DNA from: Perkinsus chesapeaki ATCC PRA-425
Taxonomy: Eukaryota; Protista; Perkinsozoa
Assembly: GCA_013115145.1 (NCBI GenBank)
Contig: JAAPAO010000151.1
Span: 1-61,667 of the forward strand
Direction of reading: 5' to 3'
DNA length: 61,667 nt
A program made the position numbers and the translations under genes. Below, in pieces: positions 57,627 through 61,667 of the stretch (position 1 is the first letter of the stretch; the number at the start of each line of letters is the position of its first letter). The notes beneath the pieces are model-generated. The model saw nothing but the letters and a program-made list of their open reading frames with translations. It did no database searches and was not told the origin of the DNA.

Positions 57627-60600
57627 ATGCTAACCGAAGATGACAGTCGTCGGCAGGCTCGGAAATATTCTGGCAATTCTTTCATGCAACAGCGGCTCAC
57701 AGCATGGCAACCTCTCTTGAGTCCTGGGTATTAATGGGAAGGGAGGGAATATACCTCTTAACATCGTTTATCACCAGTCATTTCATTACTTTCACTAGGG
57801 CAGATCAGGGTTGCTAAAAGTGGCTCAAGATTGGTGTGAATCGCTAAATCGCTGCCGATACTTAACCTCTTTCTTCTACTATGAATTTCGTCTACCCTAA
57901 TATTAAATATGTTTTTGAGCTTGTCGTACCACTTCCGCATTGTTTCTCTCTTCGGCCCTATTCAGAAAGGAAAGACGTAAAAAGATACTTCCTCGAGAAA
58001 CTGTTTTTCAGTTTTTTCAGTCTTCAGAAAATTTCTATTTTTTTCAGGTGGGTCATCGCGGCATTCGTTGGATTCGGAGCAGTTTTTTTGGCAATGGGAA
58101 CTGGGCTGTCGGTTGTAAGACTTGAAAGTCTCGTGGGATTTTCTATCGCTTGCTCCAGTGGTGAGAAGTATCTAGATATAGAATCTCATGTTGAAGCGTG
58201 CACGATGCAAACTAGCTTAGCCTCCAGGGACTTCCTGTTTGAAAGCCTATTCAACCTTCCTTATCGGATGGTAGAAATATATCTCTTCACCAAGCTCATT
58301 GCAAGCTTTTTCGTCACGTAAAATACAATCCGACCTCCCTTGATTTTTTTAATTTCGTGGCGCGTGACTATTTCTCATCCAGGCAAATGCGTCGTCTGGT
58401 GAGTATACGAAGGAGTACACTAGATTAAGTGCGAACGGAGTTGCAGTTGTTGAGATTGAAATTGGACAGGACATGCCAGCGGCGTCGACATACCTGTAAA
58501 AAGGTGTCCGAATTATTGAGGGTTTGATGTGTAGTTAAAGGGAGAGGATTCTGTAAGATTTCAGTGAGACTGTGATAGAGGAATTAAGTCGCATGTGTGA
58601 GTTGAATGGTCTCATTACGATTGGTTTAGAACAACACATTCTTTTATGGTATGATTGCCATTAGGAACATCCTTCGATTTTCGAGAAAGATATTTCTGTT
58701 TGGGATGGGTTGGCTAATATTATCAGGTATTACGAGATTGGTGATTTTTATCAGAATCATAGAAGGTTTGTTACGTCGAGATCTGACGAACAGCTAGCCG
58801 GTGATAATCGATCACGTGATCGATTTGGCAGGGTGGCAATATGTAGATCCCTCGAGCGTGAAATTCGGCGAGAAAGCTCCGTCGGAGTGCGAGCCTGCTA
58901 CAGTTGGCAGTAATGGAAAGGTGTAGTTATCCTTGCGCATGCGTGCAAAGATATTTTATAGCCCAGCTTTTAGACTTTACCCTTGCGGGTTGGTGGCAAG
59001 ATCGATCTTTAATGATAGCTTTGTAGTCGATATAAAAAAGAGGAGTTCTTCGAATGAGTGGAGGAGGGCAGAAGTGAACGAAGTGGGTATTAATCTGCTG
59101 CTGTTGCCCTAGCAGCAGCAGGTAGGAATCGTCTAGGCTCACAGAAATACAGTATGTTCATCGTGGAACACTGTAATGGACTTTATGCCAGAAAATATAT
59201 TCCTTTAGCCTTCTGGTTTGATGGGGCGTGGGTTCGATTCCTGGCTGGGATATCTAGAATTTTTGGAGGAAATCGTTTTTGGGAATCTCACCGAGTTTTG
59301 TGGCGCTCCTTTGAATTTTCGCGAAATTTGCGTAATTTTTCGGAAAAAAATCGAACACTGTTTCAATTTCAACACTGGTAACTCATTTTGAGTGTGAGGG
59401 AATTACTTCATTAACGAATTTAGAAATCGATCACGTGATCGATTTATTCCTCAGTCGGCGGAAGTGATTACGTGGAAGGCGGACTTGGCTCATAAATTTA
59501 AGAATTTGGTTCCGAGTGAGCAAGTTGCTGGCGGGAAGATCCGAAATGATGAAGCGTTCGATATGTGGCTGACGAGCATCTTTCCACCGGAGGTTTGTGT
59601 ATGATGGGCGGGTGGTTTTAATGCGACCTGTTTTGTATCTTACCAGCTTCGACTCTAATAGGAATCATGTAACATAATTTATGTTGGTATTTCAAAGTGT
59701 ACCGGCAAACCTGTTCCCTTGTAGAGATACCCTTCGATGACCCTGTGAGACTTTCTTTCTGCCAAGCTGACCTATTTTGTATCTTTCTGGCATATTGCAA
59801 TAAGTTGAAGTCGATTCCCGAAATTACGCATTGTGTCGAGGGGGACAGCGGGCGTAGCGAAAACCGAGGCATGTGGAGCACGCTAGAATGGCCTTCGAGT
59901 TGACCTGTAGTATGCAAGTATCATGCATGCTTCAAGTTAAGATACCATCCAGCGTTGTAGCAGAAGGTCGGTATGAGCCGATATTTGTGTTGAGTAGAAA
60001 AGATCGAACAGCGGCTTGCGACGGATATGATAATGAAGGTAAAGGGGGAAGATGTAAATTCACTAAGGTAATAGGAGACAATAAGTCTACCTATTTTGTA
60101 TCCTGCACGCTTCAACCTCAGGTACCATTTGGTGTAGAGGGCAGAGACCCTGAGTTCCTCTGTTCTGATGGGTACCAACGGAAGCCCAACCCTTCAGGTC
60201 AAAAAACCGGAAAAATTTTTCCCGAAATTTTTTTCAAGGTTGTTTTAACAAGTCCTAATTTTTTTCAGGTTGGGGAGTAGAGAATGCTCATTTTGTCAAC
60301 TGGATGCGACCGGCGGCGAAATCAACATTCCGGAAAGTTTACGGAAAATTCGTTGAGGAACTGCAAGTGAGAGCAAGATTGCAAGATTCCTGGCTTCATC
60401 CTTCGTAGGAAGGTGATGTGATACGGGTGACAATTTTCGACAACTTCCCTGTGTATAGTTTCGGCGGTAAGAAATCGACTGTCGTGGCGAGCGCTACTTG
60501 GTTCGGCGGAAGCAACAAATATTTGAGTTTGGCGTATCTTTTGGGCGGTGGAATATGTTTGGTGTTCGCGGCTATTTTTGGAATTAGTAATATGTTGCTG

Positions 60601-60645
60601 AAGAGGAAGTTCTATGATACGGATTATCGCGATTGGGAGGATTGA
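57627..60645 (+). CDS. CDC50: CDC50/LEM3 family P4-ATPase (flippase) beta subunit, multi-exon
   Basis: FMQQRLTAWQPLL, TM1, YYEIGDFYQNHRRFVTSRSDEQLAG, YPCGLVARSIFNDSF, NAHFVNWMRPAAKSTFRKVYG, FGGKK..SATWFGGSNKYLSLAYL and TM2. Includes a 16-nt micro-exon at 58383-58398. Confidence 0.93.
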
Positions 60646-60898
60646 AGGTTTGTAATCGAAAGGTCGATGGTTCAATTCTGGCCGAGGGTATTTTTCATGC
60701 TGTATTCTTGTCGTTAATAGTGAGGCTTTGCGTTGGGGGTTTATGACGGTTGAGGGAATTTTCGGAAATTTTTGGATTTTTTTTCGTAGATGAGAAATAA
60801 TCAGGAGGGGTTTCGTAGACAATTAAAAACTCGAGAATTTTTTCCCGAAATTTTTGACGAATTTTTTTCCAGTATTTCTGTTGTTTATTCTTTCCTTA

Positions 60899-61439
60899 AT
60901 GACCGCCCCTGAGTTCACCAAAGATAGATCGAATCCTATTGGATACGTCAACACTGAAGTTAGAGAGTTTGCTGTGGAATCGAGAAGGCTTCTGCAGAAG
61001 TGCCAAAAACCCGATATGAAAGGTAATAGCTTGGGACACGTTTTCGAATTCCAGTAAAATCGATGAAAATTATTTCTTTCTTCGTTGGCTGAGGGAATTG
61101 AAGATCTTCGTTCTATTTCGTCTTGTTCATTTTATGTAATTCGTTTTTAGGGTCATTATCCATCTCGACTGGTGGCGCGTGATATATTTTCCCTGAATTA
61201 TAAGATTCAGCCCTTTGAGCCGTTTCGTCATCAACCCTTAGCATTCAATCGTTTCTCCTTTTTATTGCATTTCAACTTCTCTAAAATATTTTATTTTCGT
61301 GGGAAGTATCTTTTTTCTTTTTTCAGAGTGGAAGCGTATGATGTACGCGTGCAGTGTGGGCTTTTTCGCGATGGGTATTATCGGTTACGGCATCGATTTG
61401 GTTTTCATACCGATTAACAATCTCATTATGAGGTCATAG
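60899..61439 (+). CDS. SEC61G: Protein translocon subunit Sec61-gamma (SSS1/SecE family)
   Basis: Exons 60899-61022 and 61327-61439 splice in frame to 78 aa: ...EFAVESRRLLQKCQKPDMKEWKRMMYACSVGFFAMGIIGYGIDLVFIPINNLIMRS. Confidence 0.92.
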
Positions 61440-61504
61440 ATTCGAAAGTGAAGGTTTTGCATTTCGCTGATAAACGTATGTCGTCGAGTGGTGATAAATA
61501 GGCG

Positions 61505-61667
61505 CGGGGGGGGGGGGGGGGGGGGGGGGGGGGCGGGGGGGGGGGTGGTGGGGGGTTTTTTTTTTTTTTTTGGGGGGGGGGGGGGTGGTGGGTGGGGGGG
61601 GGGGGGGGGAGCCCAAAAAGAGGAGGGGGGGGGGGGGGGGTCTGAAAGGGGGAAGAAAAAAGGAGGG
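61505..61667. other. Low-complexity G/T/A homopolymer tail, probably poor-quality contig end
   Basis: Long irregular G, T and A runs with no repeat unit. Confidence 0.75.

Noticed and set aside
57821-57829. Relic spliced-leader (TGGCTCAAG)
   Set aside because: Only 9 nt match the dinoflagellate/Perkinsus SL 3' end, it lies inside a CDC50 intron, and no such relic was seen before the intronless genes.
19019-60695. Functional tRNA genes
   Set aside because: None of the tRNA-like sequences has a pairing acceptor stem together with intact D, anticodon and T arms; treated as fragments or pseudo-tRNAs.
61505-61667. Telomere or G-quadruplex array; proline-rich ORF 61434-61616
   Set aside because: No regular unit; irregular homopolymers typical of low-quality read ends.

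Overview
Eukaryotic nuclear DNA in the standard code with many very short (31-90 nt) GT-AG introns. The gene content and style suggest a Perkinsus-like alveolate (inference, not verified). There are two kinds of territory. Intron-rich blocks at about 7.8-27 kb and 48.7-61.4 kb hold a disrupted RluA-type pseudouridine synthase, a tandemly duplicated [EF-hand protein + NAD kinase] cassette, a BAR-like protein, an unknown gene, eIF4E, CDC50 and Sec61-gamma. Repeat-rich blocks at 0-7.5 kb and 27-48.5 kb hold intronless genes (two secreted paralogs, a small Cys-rich secreted protein, an inverted pair of TM-RING-H2 genes, a CRT-like transporter), a hAT-type MITE and many hairpins. The most striking signal is that the introns and gene boundaries of the intron-rich blocks reuse a small set of structured modules. 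(1) About 15 fragments resemble the 3' parts of apparently different tRNAs, often with a T-run; several contain or abut the splice sites, two make up whole 44-49 nt introns, and others sit at gene ends or starts. (2) A 20-bp palindrome AATCGATCACGTGATCGATT lies next to splice sites (10 copies). (3) A ~28-bp hairpin of the form GTATCTTGCACGCTTCAACCTAAGATAC occurs about 15 times. (4) Many introns carry ~10-bp-periodic A/T tracts. Paralog comparison shows that intron positions are conserved while their contents differ, which points to intron-sequence turnover by small insertions. Splice sites and tRNA family names were assigned by eye; no database search was run. The last ~165 nt are low-complexity and probably artefactual.
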